Below, piece after piece: positions 25,294 through 40,312 of a stretch of DNA of 64,000 bases (within the stretch, counting starts at the first letter, position 1; each line of letters begins with the position of its first letter). The stretch spans positions 141,360,001 to 141,424,000 of the forward strand of contig NC_042997.1 in the NCBI RefSeq assembly GCF_006345805.1, in the 5' to 3' direction. Source of the stretch: Octopus sinensis. Its lineage: Eukaryota. The position numbers and the translations under genes are program-made. The notes below the pieces were generated by a model, which saw nothing but the letters and a program-made list of their open reading frames with translations, ran no database searches and was not told where the DNA came from.

Positions 25294-27600
25294 CATCATT
25301 GGACACAATGAAAACAAGATAAGTGACGGAGGAACAGTTTTTAATGCTTTCTCATCAACATTGGGGCAACAGTGGGAACACGGTCACGAATGGGCTGATG
25401 GACAAGTTTATTTTTCTTGATGGTCAGACCAAAGGCCTTCAATGTATGCCAGAGGTTGTCTAAAATCCATTGCATATCCCCAAGAGTGTGTGCTTCAAGT
25501 GCACAATCGCCTGCGAAGAGCAAATCTCCAACTGTTTGTACTAAAGTCTTAATTTTTGCTTTGAAACGCTGTTGGTTGAACAAGCCACCACCAGTTCTGT
25601 GCACAAACTTTACGCCTTCTTTAATACTCTCGAACGCTGTTTCCAACATGACGGAGAAATAAAAAGCAAGTATGAGTGGAGCAAGAATACATCTTTGTTT
25701 TTTCCATTTGAGATTGTGAATGAATTGGACACTTTTCCACCAGATCTGCCAGAAACCATCATCTCTTGATGGAAAGAAATTGACACTGAGCATATTTTCT
25801 GGAACAACTAGCTTTCTAAGGACAACCCAAAGAGCATCCCTAAATATGGTGTCGAAAGCTTTAGTTAGATCTACAAAAGTGACAAAAAGGTCTCGGTTGT
25901 ATTCACGTTCCTTTTCCTGCAGCTGCCTTAGGCTAAAAGGTATATCCACTGCACCTCTATCAGCCCGACATCTACACTGAGATTCAGGCAACACTAAGCT
26001 GACAAGAGCTCCATTTTGTCTATTTAAGATAACCCTTCTAAAGATCTTCCCAGCAACAAACAAGAGGGAGATACCTCTATGGTTGTCACATTCACAATTG
26101 TTACCTTTGTGTTTATAAAGATGGACAATAGAAGCCTTTTTGAACTCCTGTGGGAATGATTCCCAGATTAAGAAGAAGAGTTCAGAAAACTTCTTCAGCA
26201 GGAGACTGTCACCACATTTATATCTCTCAGCCGGTATGCCATCGTTCCCACACAACTTTCCATTCGTGAGCTGTTCTATGGCCTTTTTTATTTCTGCATT
26301 TGATGGAGCGACTGACAGTTCTTCAAGGACAGGCCTTTGTGGTAGGTTAATGATCAATTATTCATCAACAATTGAGTCCATATTCAGAAATTTTGAAACG
26401 TGCTCTGCACAGAGCTTCGTGATCTTCTTTTTATGTCAGATTACCTTTTTAAACTCATTGTGTTTTGTGGCATTATTTCTATTTGACATCCATTGGCATA
26501 CTGTCCAAAAGAGAACAGATGTTTTTTATGCATATTGTCCAAAAGAGAACATATGTTTGGATCAGTTGAGTTATACCAATCTTGGTGCTTCCTCTTGGCA
26601 TGCCCAAGTGTTTAACAAGATGACTCAAATACAGTGTCTTTAAAAGTAGATCACTTTGATTTAATATCTGGGTTGTCTGAGATGCTAGCAAGTTTGTTGT
26701 CACAGGTTGTTTGAAGTGAGATTAAATTATCATTGTTCTTCAGCTTTGTCACATCCATTTTTCGAATTGGTCAAGTGCGATTGCTATGAATAGGACTGCG
26801 GATAGTAAAATTCACCTTTGATCGTATCAGTCTATGGTCAGACCAGCAATTCTCAACGGAGAAGGAAGTGTTACTTGGACATCTTCCCTCATGGAAGACC
26901 TCACAGTTATGTAATCAATGAGGTGATAATGATTTGATGGGGAATGCTTCCAAGTAGTTTTGTGGTGGTTGGGGAGTTGGAAAATGGTATTGGTAATCAA
27001 AAGACCATACTTATTGCAAAGCGATAGCAGCAGATAGCAGTTTCAGTTTGCTTTGCCAACCACATGCTTCCTTATTACGTCACCCTATATGAATGTATCA
27101 CAGCCTCCACGTAAAATCACCAAAGAGAAGTTTATCATTGATGGAGACACTTCTCAACTATCTGTGTAACTCAAAGTAGAACTGCTTTTTGACCACTTCA
27201 TTTGAGTTCATGGTTGGAGCATAGCAGCTGAAAATAGTTGCATATTTACTTTTGCCAATGCAGATGCGCAATGAGATGAGCTATTCACTAAAGCCAACAG
27301 GTAGACATTCAGGTTGTTTCACCAGGTCATTCCGAATAGCAAGCCCAACACCTGCGTCTTTCTTTATTCCTGAGGCTTACCCGTCCAGAAAAAACTGTAT
27401 CCACCATCAATGTCTTGTAGCTGACCACAGTCCGCTAAAATGGTTTGTGAAATACCTGTTATTCCGATGGGTTTTTTTCCTTCAATAGACGTGCAACCGA
27501 AGTGGTCCTGTGTTCTGTATATTTTTGCTTTCCTAAAGAGTTCTCACATTCCAAGACGCAATAAAGAGGTTTCTCTGTTTTCAATTTGCTTAATTTTCTG
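25290..27600 (-). mobile_element. RTE-clade (BovB-like) LINE relic: AP endonuclease + reverse transcriptase, 3'-truncated
   Basis: FIASWNVRTL near 27540-27570; ORF 25341-26357 with DNHRGISLL, ESQC, FVDLTKAFD, LLFAGDCAL (decayed YADD); frameshifted. Confidence 0.92.
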
Positions 27601-28234
27601 GCGCAGGATCAATGCGAGTAAACAATTTTAGGGTCGCATTTTTTTTACCCCTTCTTCCATAAGAGAAAAGCAGTGTGATCCTAAACATGGATGTCAATTG
27701 CTTGCAAATGTCATCCTAAATATGGATGTCAATTACCTTCAGATGTCATGTATAGCAGCCGCCTACCTTTTACCAACTATGTACAAGGTTCAAGCTAAAA
27801 ACTTCCAGTGACATCTATCACCTGTTTCCGTCGCTATCCCTTCATCGTCACAAATATGTGAGTAGTAGACGAGCGTGAATCAAACTTCTTATGAGAACCA
27901 ATAAGAGAGCTGGGCTGAAATAATTTTCTCGCACTGAATAAGAAGGCTCATCATTGAGATGTAGTTTTTTTAGTATGTATAAGTGTGGGTTCCATGCAAG
28001 ATCATCAGACGTGTTATGTTTTAACATTTGTAGTGACTTTCAATTCCATAGGTCAATTGTTTATCCAACGTAAGACAAGTTTATTGCAAGAATTTAATGC
28101 AACGACCATATAAATTGTATTCTGTATATTAACGTCAGTGATAATATTTATGCTACTTTTCAATGCATGAAGCTATTTGGAAAACTGAAACGAGTTTGAA
28201 ACAGACTCATTTGACAAGTAGAGCCAAATGTCAC

Positions 28235-28365
28235 ACATGAGTGAATGTGGCTTGGTAACATGTAACCCCACTTTCGCTCTTTGCTTTAGTCACCAGTATA
28301 TAGAGACAGTCTCTCAGCCTTTTTACATTTGACCCAGCGACACCTCAGAAATGTTACTACTGGAA

Positions 28366-28401
<36 letters not shown>

Positions 28402-28608
28402 TAGAGAGGGTAGGAGAGAGAGTGTGTAAGAGAGTGCGAAATGGCTGCGCCAGGACTCTAGGTATTTATTTAGAGCAGAATGAGCTGGGGCTACGTGAAA
28501 TGCAGTGTCTCTCCCAAGTACACAACACGCTGCCCGGTGTGGGAATTGATCCTCCATCATTTTGATCATGAGGTCAACAACTTAACTACTTGGTCATGGA
28601 GCCCTCAC
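28235..28608 (-). mobile_element. decayed tRNA-derived SINE with internal (GA)n
   Basis: Head resembles 62590-62707 (CACAACACGCTGCCCGGTGTGGGAATTGA). Confidence 0.55.
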
Positions 28609-29937
28609 CAGACAAAACCCGAAACGAATATTCATACATGTAATATGTTCTCTGAAGTCTTTTAAAACATAAAGCGTCAAATAACCATAATGGTTTTTCT
28701 AGACATCAGAGTTTTTTTCCCCATCTTGTTTTACAAAATATATCTCTAAATCTCTCCACCGCTCTCTCTTGGTCTTCTTCTCATGTCTGTCGTCAGTTAA
28801 TTTCTGCGATCTTTTTACACAATGTCTATTAGTTTACGAAATCCTATAGCTTATCCAATTTAATCAACGCAAGTGTCTATCTGTCACAAAACGGACAGAC
28901 ACAAGTAAATTTAAGATAATTAGTCGGTAGTAGCAGCAGTAGCATCACCATTACATCATCAATAAACGTCACCACCACTACCACTACCACTTCCTCCACA
29001 TCCACGAGTAAGCTGTCACTGCAACAATGACCATCGCCGCCATCCTTGTCCATTATGTTTATTGCATTGTGAATGCTACCACAGCAAGAAACGCGACAAC
29101 AACCAGAAAATTCTAATAATAATACAACTAGGCCTGCTGTGTGTAAGGGAGAGGAGAAGATTTTTCCAGAGGAAGTAGAGAGGAAATATGATGTGGGGAG
29201 AAGACGTAGGTAATGGAAGAATTTACAAAGTGAGATAAAATATATACAGAAAAAACAGAAGTAGGTAAAAATAAAGAAAGGGAAGACAAAAAGGATAGAG
29301 AGGTAAGGTGAAAAACAGAGTAATAATGAGAAATACAGACCGATTTGATTGTGTGCTTATACCGAAAAAAGAAACACAGAGTTGTATAACCGAGTAAATA
29401 GTTAGAATAGTTGAATAGTTCAAGACAATAGTTAGGTAAGGCTTTTATGATAACGTGTTATCGAACATCCGGTTTAATATCCAGTGCAAAACTAATTGGT
29501 AAGATCGGCAGCAATGGTAATGATGTACTGTACAATGCGTTGATAAGTGTGTGTGTGAGTGTGTGTGCATGTGTGTGTGCGCGCGCGCAAGATGTCATGA
29601 GAATTTATAAATCTGAAGAGAATGTGGATATCGAAGTAGATAAGGCTAAATAATAGTGTGAAAATACGCGTCCTACAGGTAGGCTTCAACATTTTCTATT
29701 TAACAATGTTTTTTTAACCTAATATATTCATACTACCATTTATAGAAATCCACCGTTGCAAAAATGAAATATACATATTTAGCCTCATTCGCCACCAGGA
29801 TTGATAGTCCAAATATTCGTCCAAAAGAAGAAATCAATCCTCGTATTCCAGGGATGAGCGGGCGATGACATACCTACCTACCTACCTACCTACCAACCAA
29901 CCAACATACCTACATACATACATACATGTATATATAT

Positions 29938-29990
<53 letters not shown>

Positions 29991-29991
29991 T

Positions 29992-30042
<51 letters not shown>

Positions 30043-30852
30043 CAAGATGCGGTGAATATATATTGTCGTCTAAATTACGCATATATTTCCCAAAATTACA
30101 TTAAAATATCTGGAAATATTAAAGAATAAAGTTATTCAATAAAATCGCAAGTCTTTGCAATGGTTTCCTTGTTTAAGTTGGTGAATGCAGCCATATTCCT
30201 TGTCTTCAGTTCATTTTTGGTGTTACAATGAGTTTTGTTGGTCTCTCGCTCAATTGCGACCTACACATAATAATCAAGGGGGTTACACTATGGGGAGTTA
30301 GGTGGCCAGATGTTAGTGATGTAGTCGCAGAAATTGTCTGACTGCCATGACTGGGTTCTTCTGATTGTGTGGCGTGGTGCAGAATCCTGTTGCCAGACAT
30401 AGGGTCTTCCAGCAGCTACCGTCTGGACCCATGGCAGCACTACTACCTTCTCCAGGCACTCGATGTAGGCCTCCATTTTGAGTGTGAGGCCACGTGGGAC
30501 GATGAATGGAGGTATGACATTGCCATCACTTCTGATCACTCCAAACACCATGATGTTGAATGGAAGTTTCATTTTTATGAATCTCTGTTCATGTTTCGGG
30601 GACACGACAAGCCAACGGTTGTTCTGTAAATTTACCATTTGTCCGTATGGGAGCTACCGGCGTGAATGCCGAGCAGTACAGCATGTCGTTTCCTAATTCC
30701 TGGCGGACTGAATTGCGTCATAGTGGTGTTTTATACACAGACGGTGCCCAACTAACCCTACAATACTGTGTAGTCGACAAAAATAAGAACAACCAATGCG
30801 CATGTGCGAAATTAAGAATATAAAAGGGTGACAATTTACCTATCGCATGAAA
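30043..30852 (-). mobile_element. internally deleted maT (DD37D) Tc1/mariner element
   Basis: ORF 30288-30638 with IMVFGVIRSDG, YVWQQDSAP, WPPNSP then CNPLDY; termini match 50257-51138. Confidence 0.88.
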
Positions 30853-31041
30853 AAATAAGTAGCGATGACTTTTGGAGGAATGTTTTTTAATGATGATATT
30901 TATAGTTACACTAATGAGTTTCGAGCGTTTCGATTGCTGTTTTCAAACTGAAATTCTGTGGTTTACAAGGCTTTATATATATACATATACATATACATAT
31001 ATATATCTATATATATAAATATATGTATGTGTGTATGTATG

Positions 31042-31089
<48 letters not shown>

Positions 31090-31176
31090 ATATATATACA
31101 TACATACATACATACATACATACGTACATACATACATACATACATATATATACATACACACACACACACACACACG

Positions 31177-31243
<67 letters not shown>

Positions 31244-31299
31244 GGATAGATAGATAGAAAGTTAGATGGACAGACAGACATGCAGACAGATATACAGGC

Positions 31300-31400
<101 letters not shown>

Positions 31401-32751
31401 TTCATATTAAAATATATGAGTGTGTGTATAAATGAAGAGAGGGAAAGTGGGAGAAAAAAGATACAAAGAGACAAATAAAGGGAAGGTTGAGGCAGAAAGA
31501 GAAAACACCAACAACACAATGCAATGGAGTGGCCATTAACACAATAGCAATGGAGCTGAATCAGTGAATACATAACTATGTACGTATGGTGTGCGCTTGT
31601 TGTGTGTATGGGTGCGCGTGCATGTGTATATGTGTGCGTGTATCAGAACAACATCAAGGCATAATATAAATCAAGTATTTGGTGAAGTAGTATCATTGTC
31701 AATCGCATCAATCGTTTACATCCAATAGTTTAATATATGTTTAAGTATTCATGTTTTTGTCGTTCTCAGTTTTTCATTTCAATCTTGCTTTGTTCTTACC
31801 CTTTGCGTAGCATGTAATTCGTAGTTTTGTTTAATTAAAAGCACTCAAATATTCAGTTATACATTTATATAAGGATAATTTTACACAAACAATCGCATTC
31901 GCATAATTTCTCATAGTCATACATGCATACATGCATAGAAATATGTGTGCAAGTGTATGTGTGCGTACATAAAAATACACAAGCGCTGATAAATATACAC
32001 GGACATACACAAATACGAGCATACACAACACATATACACGCGCACACACATATCGATACATACCTTGTTCTAACAAGGGAACCGATTAGAACATTTTGGC
32101 TAAGAAGTCTCAATCAGTTTATATATGTGTATATGTGTGTGTGACTGTGTCTATGTGCGTGTGAGTGTATGTATGCATATGTACATGCATGCATACATAC
32201 ATGAATACATGCATACATAATGTATGTATAGGTAATTTCTGTGTTGAGGACGCCTGTTGAGGTAGAAACACATGTTCCGATTTGTCGTCTTGCCTGTAGA
32301 TAATCGGACAGCCATTCCCTTAATGGCGTCTTACATCTGAATGTTCTTGATTCAAGAGATTATCTCCCATTGTCGTTTAGATTTGGTTTCGACTGCCATC
32401 AAACGATTGGTTTGTCTTCCCGGAAGGCGGAGATAATTTAAATAAACCAAGATTTTTTTCTTTTTTTTGATATATAATATAGCTGTTTAAATATATGCCA
32501 CTAGTGATCTGACTTATTTCACTTTGCTAATTTTCGTTTCAGTTATAAGCATGCATAAATATATATAAACATCTACATGTGTGAATCGCTACAGAGTGCA
32601 ATGATTGAGATATAAAGGTACCAGAGAATGGACGATCTTCAATACCTAGTACAGACTAAAGACTGCCAGTTTTGAATATATGTTTTTCATTTAGCTTCAT
32701 GCTATTGAGTACAATAGTTTTCTTGATTGATAATGCAAATTCTCTCTTTTT

Positions 32752-33099
32752 TCTTTTATTATTTTACTTGCTTCAGTCATTTCATTGCGGCCATGCTGGA
32801 TCACCACCTTAAAGGGTCTTTAGTCAAAGAAATCCACCCAAAAACTTATTCTTTGTAAGTCTAGTACTTACTCTATCGGCTTTTTTTGCCAAACTTCTAA
32901 GTTACGAGGACATAAACACACACACACACATATATACGACGGGTCATTCCGGTTTCCGTCCACCAAATCCACTCAGAAAGCTTTGATTGGCCTGGGGCTA
33001 TAGTAGGAGACTGTTGTCCAAGGTGCCGTGCAGTAGGACTGAACTCGGAACCATCTGATTGAGAAGCAGGCTTCTTACCACACAGCCACACTTGCGCCT
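32752..33099 (-). mobile_element. SINE family C (tRNA head + CORE-like + tail)
   Basis: Reverse complement of 53427-53768; tail fragments also at 41-100, 250-440, 7620-7830, 49610-50060. Confidence 0.8.
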
Positions 33100-33174
33100 A
33101 TGTATATTTTTAAAGCATTTATATCCACTAATCTTTAAAGCTCTTATATCTGTGTTCTTTAAAAAATATTTATA

Positions 33175-33623
33175 CAGTAACCCCTCGAGTATCGTGGGTG
33201 TTATGTGCCAAAATCTCCCGTGACAGATGAAAATCCACGTATTATACTGCATAAATTTTTCATCATTTTTATAATTCCTATATATTTATTTTATTAGAAA
33301 TGCAAAACAACACCACACACTCGCCTCCCGATTTAAGTTTTCCATACAGTATGTGCGATACTTTGTTTACTCATCTACCGTACACTACGTATTTTAATTA
33401 ATGCGTTATACAGTACAAAACTGTACTCTATTTATATTTATTGATTTATTAATTTTTAGGCGTGAAAATGCTTATTTTACCACAGAAATAAATAAAATCT
33501 AAAAAGATACAAATACTTATCGGCTGCAGAAAACTGCGATATAAATTTACATATATTAGCCACAAAAATCCGCGATGTATTGAGTGCGCAATAGGTGAAC
33601 CGCGATATGGCGTGGTATTATAG
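33175..33623. mobile_element. Tigger/pogo-like MITE
   Basis: TA-CAGTAACCCCTCGAGTATCG ... CGCGATATGGCGTGGTATTATAG-TA imperfect TIRs; related end at ~51272. Confidence 0.6.
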
Positions 33624-33942
33624 TATATCTACTAACCTATTACAGAAAACTAAACTTCCCTAGTACTCAGCTGCCTATATTATGTTCTATATTCACTTTA
33701 TTTTATTTCATTTCACCACTTTATTGTATCCTGTCAATTTTTATTTTCTATTTTATTCAACTTCTTTTCATCTTCCTCCATATATCCTTATAACGGCGTT
33801 ACCATTGTTTCTTACTAAAACCCAGCCATGTTGCCCGAGATACATCAACGCATTATATATGTATGTGTGTGTGTGTGTGTTGTGTGTGTGTCTGGATGTG
33901 ATTGGGCATTTGTGTGTATGTATGTATATAGCTATCTATCTG

Positions 33943-34022
<80 letters not shown>

Positions 34023-34624
34023 ATATCCAGCTAACTATCTATTTTTATATATATATATATATACACACACGCGTGTATGCGCATGTGTGCGAGTGCGCGC
34101 GCAGGCGTTCTTGTGCATCCAATATTGTTTGATTTATATTGATGTTTGACCACAAATAATTAATTAAGCGCAGCAATAAATGAAAACAAAAAACCCATAC
34201 CAAAGCGTACTCTTTATGTTGGTGGAACTGAAGTGGCTCGAAAAAGACAGTATTGATGTATCACATTACATGATGTTTTCTAACACAATGTTTTGCTTTT
34301 TAAATATATATATATATTTATATATATATCAAGGGAGAAACTGGGAGAGGAGGGAGGGTAGAGGGAGAGAGAGACCAATTACATAAACATAGTGTTTTAT
34401 CCGTCTGGGATCTTTGGCACCTCTCATCGCGATATACTTTTCTCATTGAAAAGCGAAGAGAAAAACTTTATAATATACACGTTCCAACTCCATGCTACAT
34501 ATATTATTGGCAAGGATGATGGAATAAACGAATCCAAAGACAGACAACAATGCTGCGGCTGCTGCTGCTGCTGTTGATGATGAGGTGGAGACGGAGGAGG
34601 AGGATTAGAAGAAGCGGGGAGAAG

Positions 34625-34773
34625 AGAAGGCGGAGAAGAAGAAGAAGGCGGAGAAGAAGAAGAAGAAGAAGAAGAAGAAGAAGAAGAAGAAGAAGAAGAA
34701 GAAGAAGAAGAAGAAGAAGAAGAAGAAGAAGAAGAAGAAGAAGAAGAAGAAAGAAGAAGAAGAAGAAGAAGAA
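34625..34773. repeat. (GAA)n microsatellite
   Basis: Long, nearly pure GAA run; source of poly-R/poly-L ORFs. Confidence 0.97.
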
Positions 34774-34989
34774 ATTCTTGGTGTTTGGCAAAGATTTTAA
34801 TTTGTGAAGCAAATTACTGTAACACTTGTACTTGACTAGTGTGCTATTAGCTACGGCTCTTTTACATTCTAAAGTCAAACTCTACCGAAGTTGCCTATAT
34901 CTTTCATCCTTCCAGGAGCCCCAAAAATAAAGTACCAACGAAGTACTGGTTTGATTTTATCCTCTCAGTTGCTAGGCTTGTGCGAACCC

Positions 34990-35500
34990 AAATTATAAAT
35001 TATCATTTGTGCCAATCGAGGCATTTCCTTGAATTCCTGAAAAATAACATTGTAGGCCCAAATGTTAACGTAGGCACCGTTAACGTATTTCACATTCTTT
35101 ATTCAGAAATTGACAATTCCTTCATAATTTCATCTATTTCTGATGATTTGGCTTTGTTGATCACAGCAATGACATTGATGGTGTTGATGTATGCCTATTT
35201 TAAACTCTTTATATCCTTTGTTGTTTCCCTTATTGCAAAAGTTATATCACCCATTTACTCTGTTACATTTTGATCGCACAAATTTTAATTCAGAACTTCT
35301 CGACCTTTTTCGTCGTCGGTGGTTTCCTAGAAGGTCCTCTTCTTTGCATTTTATTTCAAAATCTTGTTTTTGTCTGTAAAACGTGCTTCTCTTGCCGAAT
35401 CTCAAAACTCTTTCTGCCTTTGTTTGAAGCTCTTTCTCCAGTGTCTCTTTTGCTATTGCTATATCCTGCGTCTGTTTGATACTGAGATTTCCTTATTTTT
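34990..35500 (-). pseudogene. probable R4/Dong-like pre-RT/RT N-terminal relic
   Basis: Frameshifted ARFTDKNKIL, PPTTKKVEKF*IKI, GIVNF*IK resembling QNKLF..P..EVE.FW..DGI.NFWIK. Confidence 0.4.
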
Positions 35501-35609
35501 CTATTGAATATCAAAGTCTATTTCGACTCCAATTTTCTTTCCTATTTTCCTCTGCTGCGTTGGTCTTTTTCAAACTGTGTCTGTGATGCCCGGATATGTA
35601 TGAGCTCCT

Positions 35610-35641
35610 GCTCATCATCGTCGTCGTCATTGTCGTCGTCG

Positions 35642-35713
<72 letters not shown>

Positions 35714-35725
35714 CCATCATCATCA
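35610..35725. repeat. (ATC)n microsatellite
   Basis: Long ATC/GTC run. Confidence 0.97.
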
Positions 35726-36099
35726 TTACTCTTATTGTTGTTATCGTTGTTGTTTACTCTCATACTTTAGCCATGTTTTGGCTCTATCTTTAAACGTATA
35801 GCCTGATATACTGGTACCATTAAATATATTATTACGAGAATTTAAACTTGAATTTTAAAGGATCCAACTGCCATCTACACACCAATTTTTGATATTTTGA
35901 TCAGAATAAGAATTTCTAACACACGCGAAAGGTTACACATTTTGAGGAGTGGTATGGCTTTCTTAAATCGATCCTAGAATTTGACTTGTTCTAATTTCAC
36001 CGACCCAGAAGGGACGAAAAGCAAAGCTGATTATATTTGGATTTGAATTCCGAACATAAAAGACCATAATTAATACCAGAGGGGTCTTTGTCCTTAGTT

Positions 36100-36925
36100 C
36101 TATCGCATCTAATAACCAATACATCTCAACAAATCCATTTACCTGTTGCATGTGTACCGTAATTTCCAAAACAATAAACCACGCTCTGTTAGGATATCCT
36201 ATACTGACCTCCACCAAATAATATGGAGACACAATGAAACAGCAAAGCTGCTCTACGTACGACTGCCCACCAAGTTCCAACTCCTTCGAGAGCAAAAATG
36301 AAAAATTTTATGATCATATGATACTCGTATGATGCTTCATATATCTTAGAAAATGTTGATGTGCGAATACTATGGAACTTCACCATATTTTTACTGATAA
36401 TAAATATGGTTATCGTCCTATTTGCAATCGATTTGTCTAGAACGATGCACAGTCACTTCTATGGTGGTATTAATAGATTATCTATAAGGAGAGACATAAG
36501 CACGTTCCGGATATTAACCATGATAGGAACATTAAATACTGTTTGGACATTCCTACATTGCATTTATTAGACAGACACCAGGTAACACATAATAAGTTTG
36601 GTATCATTTTCCATGACAAAGACTGACAATAATGTGTTAATAATCGACTTAACAATACCAAATTACTATAATGTTCTGCAGAATAAAGATGAAAGGCTAG
36701 GAGATTACATCGACTTAACTGTTGAATTAAAACTATTAAGACTGTTAAGAAATGTGTTTTCCATCCTATTTGCAATCGATACAACGAAAATGATGCGCAG
36801 CCACTTCTATCAAGATATTAATAGATTAACAATAAGGATAGACATAGGCACGTTCCGGAAATTAGTTATAATAAGAGATTTAAACATTGTTAGGTCATTC
36901 TCACATAGCGTTTGTTAACATGGAT
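36100..36925 (+). pseudogene. R4/Dong-like CCHC + restriction-like endonuclease relic with internal duplication
   Basis: CCMCTVISKTINHALLG, RHNETAKLL, ENVDVRILWNFTIF, THNK, VLIIDLTIP, ERLGDYIDL; 36415-36520 repeated at 36765-36865. Confidence 0.7.
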
Positions 36926-37097
36926 CATTTATATCAATGTTTTCTAGTCTTTTATCTTTTAATTTTTGCTTGTTCCAGTAATTGTACTGCATCCATTCTG
37001 TAACACCGCCTTGGTGTATTTAATCGAAGAAATCGCCTGCAGTTATCAAGAGATAGGTGGGGGACAGACACAAACTTAAACACAAGCACACACACTC

Positions 37098-37130
<33 letters not shown>

Positions 37131-37132
37131 AT

Positions 37133-37520
<388 letters not shown>

Positions 37521-37728
37521 GATGGACATCCACACAGTTTTCGTCTACAAAATTCACTCAGAACGCAATGGTGGTGGGAGGCTATAATAGAAGACACCTG
37601 CCTAAGATGGCGCACAGTGGGGCTAAATCCGAAACCTTGTGTGTTCGACACACAACCATTCCTGCGAAGAGGAATCTTATTCTTTTATTTTTATGCAAGA
37701 AACAAAATTATTTGATTGATGATACTAC

Positions 37729-38479
37729 ATGGAAAAATGGGAGCAAGAGAATTATATTCTTAAGATTATATAACTGGAAAAGTACAGGACAAGTTTATTA
37801 CACTTGGAAAAGTTCAGGACAAGTTATTACATCTGGTAAAGTACAGAACAAGAAAATTTTTACTTAAAATGTTGTCACTAGGGATAAAATTTCAAATAAA
37901 ATATTTAGATTTAGAAAATATAAACTTTTATTACTTCTATTTGTTATTACTTGTTACTTCCATAAAAAATATTAAAAAAAGCTCAAAATATTTTTCACAC
38001 TTTAAAAAATTCATTTTTGTTTTTAGATAATTGCTTAATAATTAGAAATTTGAAGATAGGTTATAAAAATACTAGTAGTGCATAATTAGTTAGTGCAATA
38101 AACAGAATAATACAAAAATTAGTTATATATTACAGTATAGTTTTAACTCAATGTCTCTTTTTTTACATAATGAATTAGCCTACCATATATACTATTCTAC
38201 TTTGCATAAAACGTTAGCTATATTGGTACTTCTGGCTCTCATTTTTTTAAGTATTCTAGTATGTCATTATTTTAACAAAATGATGTTACCTTTTTTAATT
38301 ATAATGTTACTTTGTAAATTAAAATCAAATAATATTTAATATTCGGATTTTATCCTTAGCTGCAATATTTCAAGTAAAAATGTTCTTGTTCTGTACTTTA
38401 CCAGATGTAATAACTTGTCCTGAACTTTTCCAGGTTTATAATCTTAAGAATATTATTTCTCTTGCTCGCATTTTTCCAT
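37729..38479. mobile_element. foldback/MITE with ~150-bp imperfect TIRs
   Basis: 37729-37900 reverse-complements 38330-38479 (GGACAAGTTATTACATCTGGTAAAGTACAGAACAAGAA / TTCTTGTTCTGTACTTTACCAGATGTAATAACTTGTCC); AT-rich interior. Confidence 0.8.
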
Positions 38480-40281
38480 ATAATCCATGTTTTTTCCAGG
38501 CTATGCTATTATGCTAATTAATAATGTGTCAAATGTGTCAATTAGCAGTGTCGTTGATAACTTTTTCCTTACCTCAGTGATGCTGGTGACATATTAAAAG
38601 TCCCTTATAGAACTATATTCATAAGAAACTATATTATCACCCTCAAATTTAAGAAACAAATACTCATAACTTTTTCTTCATAAAACTTCATTGCATCAGA
38701 TTGATACCATAAAATTCTCGAATTGAGCTCTATCATTTAAGCATAATTAAACTACAGTTTGTTTTTAAAATAAAAAAGGTTAATTATGCTTTAATCCAAT
38801 TTTCGCCTTATATTTTTTTCATGATATTTTATCTCACAACATTTTTGATACAAATTTTTGTTGCATAAGGCCAAAACTATGAAATTCGTCATGCTTTCTT
38901 CTATCATTGAAGCTAAGATAAATATATTTTGCTTTTAAAATTAAAAAAAAGTTATTTATATGTAAACTTGATTGGTGGCGTTACGTACTCTCCTATAACG
39001 TTGGTATAAATTTTGATATAAACTTTTTCTACTGGACCAGATCTCGGTTTTTTTAATGCCAAAATGTAGCTCTTCAAAAATGTTAACAGTTTTCAGTTTG
39101 TTTAAGAACTGAATTAGCGACAGGTTCTGAAATGCTGCGTGTGACTGCAGCCTTAAGAATATTATTCAACGACTACCGTAGTTGAATGATTATTTGTTGT
39201 ATTAAGAGCCGTATTTCCTTTTACCCTAAGGCTCCGAGTTCAAATCCCAACAAGATCGAGTTTGCTTTTCATCTTTCTGGGCTCGAAAAACTATAGTGCC
39301 AGTCAAGAAGCGGTGTCGATAGTATCAACCAGTTCCTTCTCCCCAAAATTATTTTTGCAGGCCTTGTTCCTATTAATAAATTCAGAGTTTGGCAGAAGGT
39401 CAGTATTTTAAGGGAAGGGGTTAATCAATTACTGTAACACTTGTACTTGACTAGTATTTTATTTTATCGACTGGGAAAGGATAAAATGCAAAGATTGCCT
39501 CAGAGTGATTCGAAGTGAGAATGTAAAGAACAGAAGAAAATAACGTTAAGCACTTTGTCCGACGCGCCGCCTTAGCAACAGTGTTAATAGTGTTTATAAT
39601 ATTATGATCATAATAATTCCATACATTTATCTCATGTTATTCAATGACTAGTAATATACTTTTTGATTGGCTTAAAAGTTGCTATTTTACTTCGAATTTC
39701 AGTTCTTCAAGAAAATGTACGTATTTATGTAGTCCTTACCGTTTATTACAATAATTTATTCAATAAGGTAACCAGATTTTTTTCCTAATATAAACTTATA
39801 TATATATTTTTTCTTCTTTGATTCAGACGTTGTAATTTCTATTCTGGATTGTTGATTGAGAAATAAAAATAAAAGGAAAAAAGAAGCAGAAATAGAAAGG
39901 ATAAAGTCGACAAGAGAGAGAGAAAGTGAAATGATTATATAGGAACATATACATAAATTTATTCGTCAATCGAGAAGGATGAAATGAAGACAGTAGGACA
40001 GAAAGAAAGATAGAAAGAAAGAAATTCTGATGGCATTGATAATTTAGAATATTTATATGAGCCAATAACAGAGTCCACCTTAATATACATTTATGAGTAT
40101 AGATAGTCGATATAAATAAATACATTCAGAGCCCATATTCAAATACATACACACACATGAAACACAATTTTGCGTGTGTGTTTGTCTCTGTGTCCACTTG
40201 TGCGTGTGTGTGTGTGTGTGTGTGTTTGCGCCTCTGAACATATACACACGCACACACACGCACACACATACACACACATAC

Positions 40282-40312
<31 letters not shown>

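Noticed and set aside
32251-32285. Hammerhead-like CTGTTGA..GAAACACATGTT
   Set aside because: A6 not conserved and no stem II.
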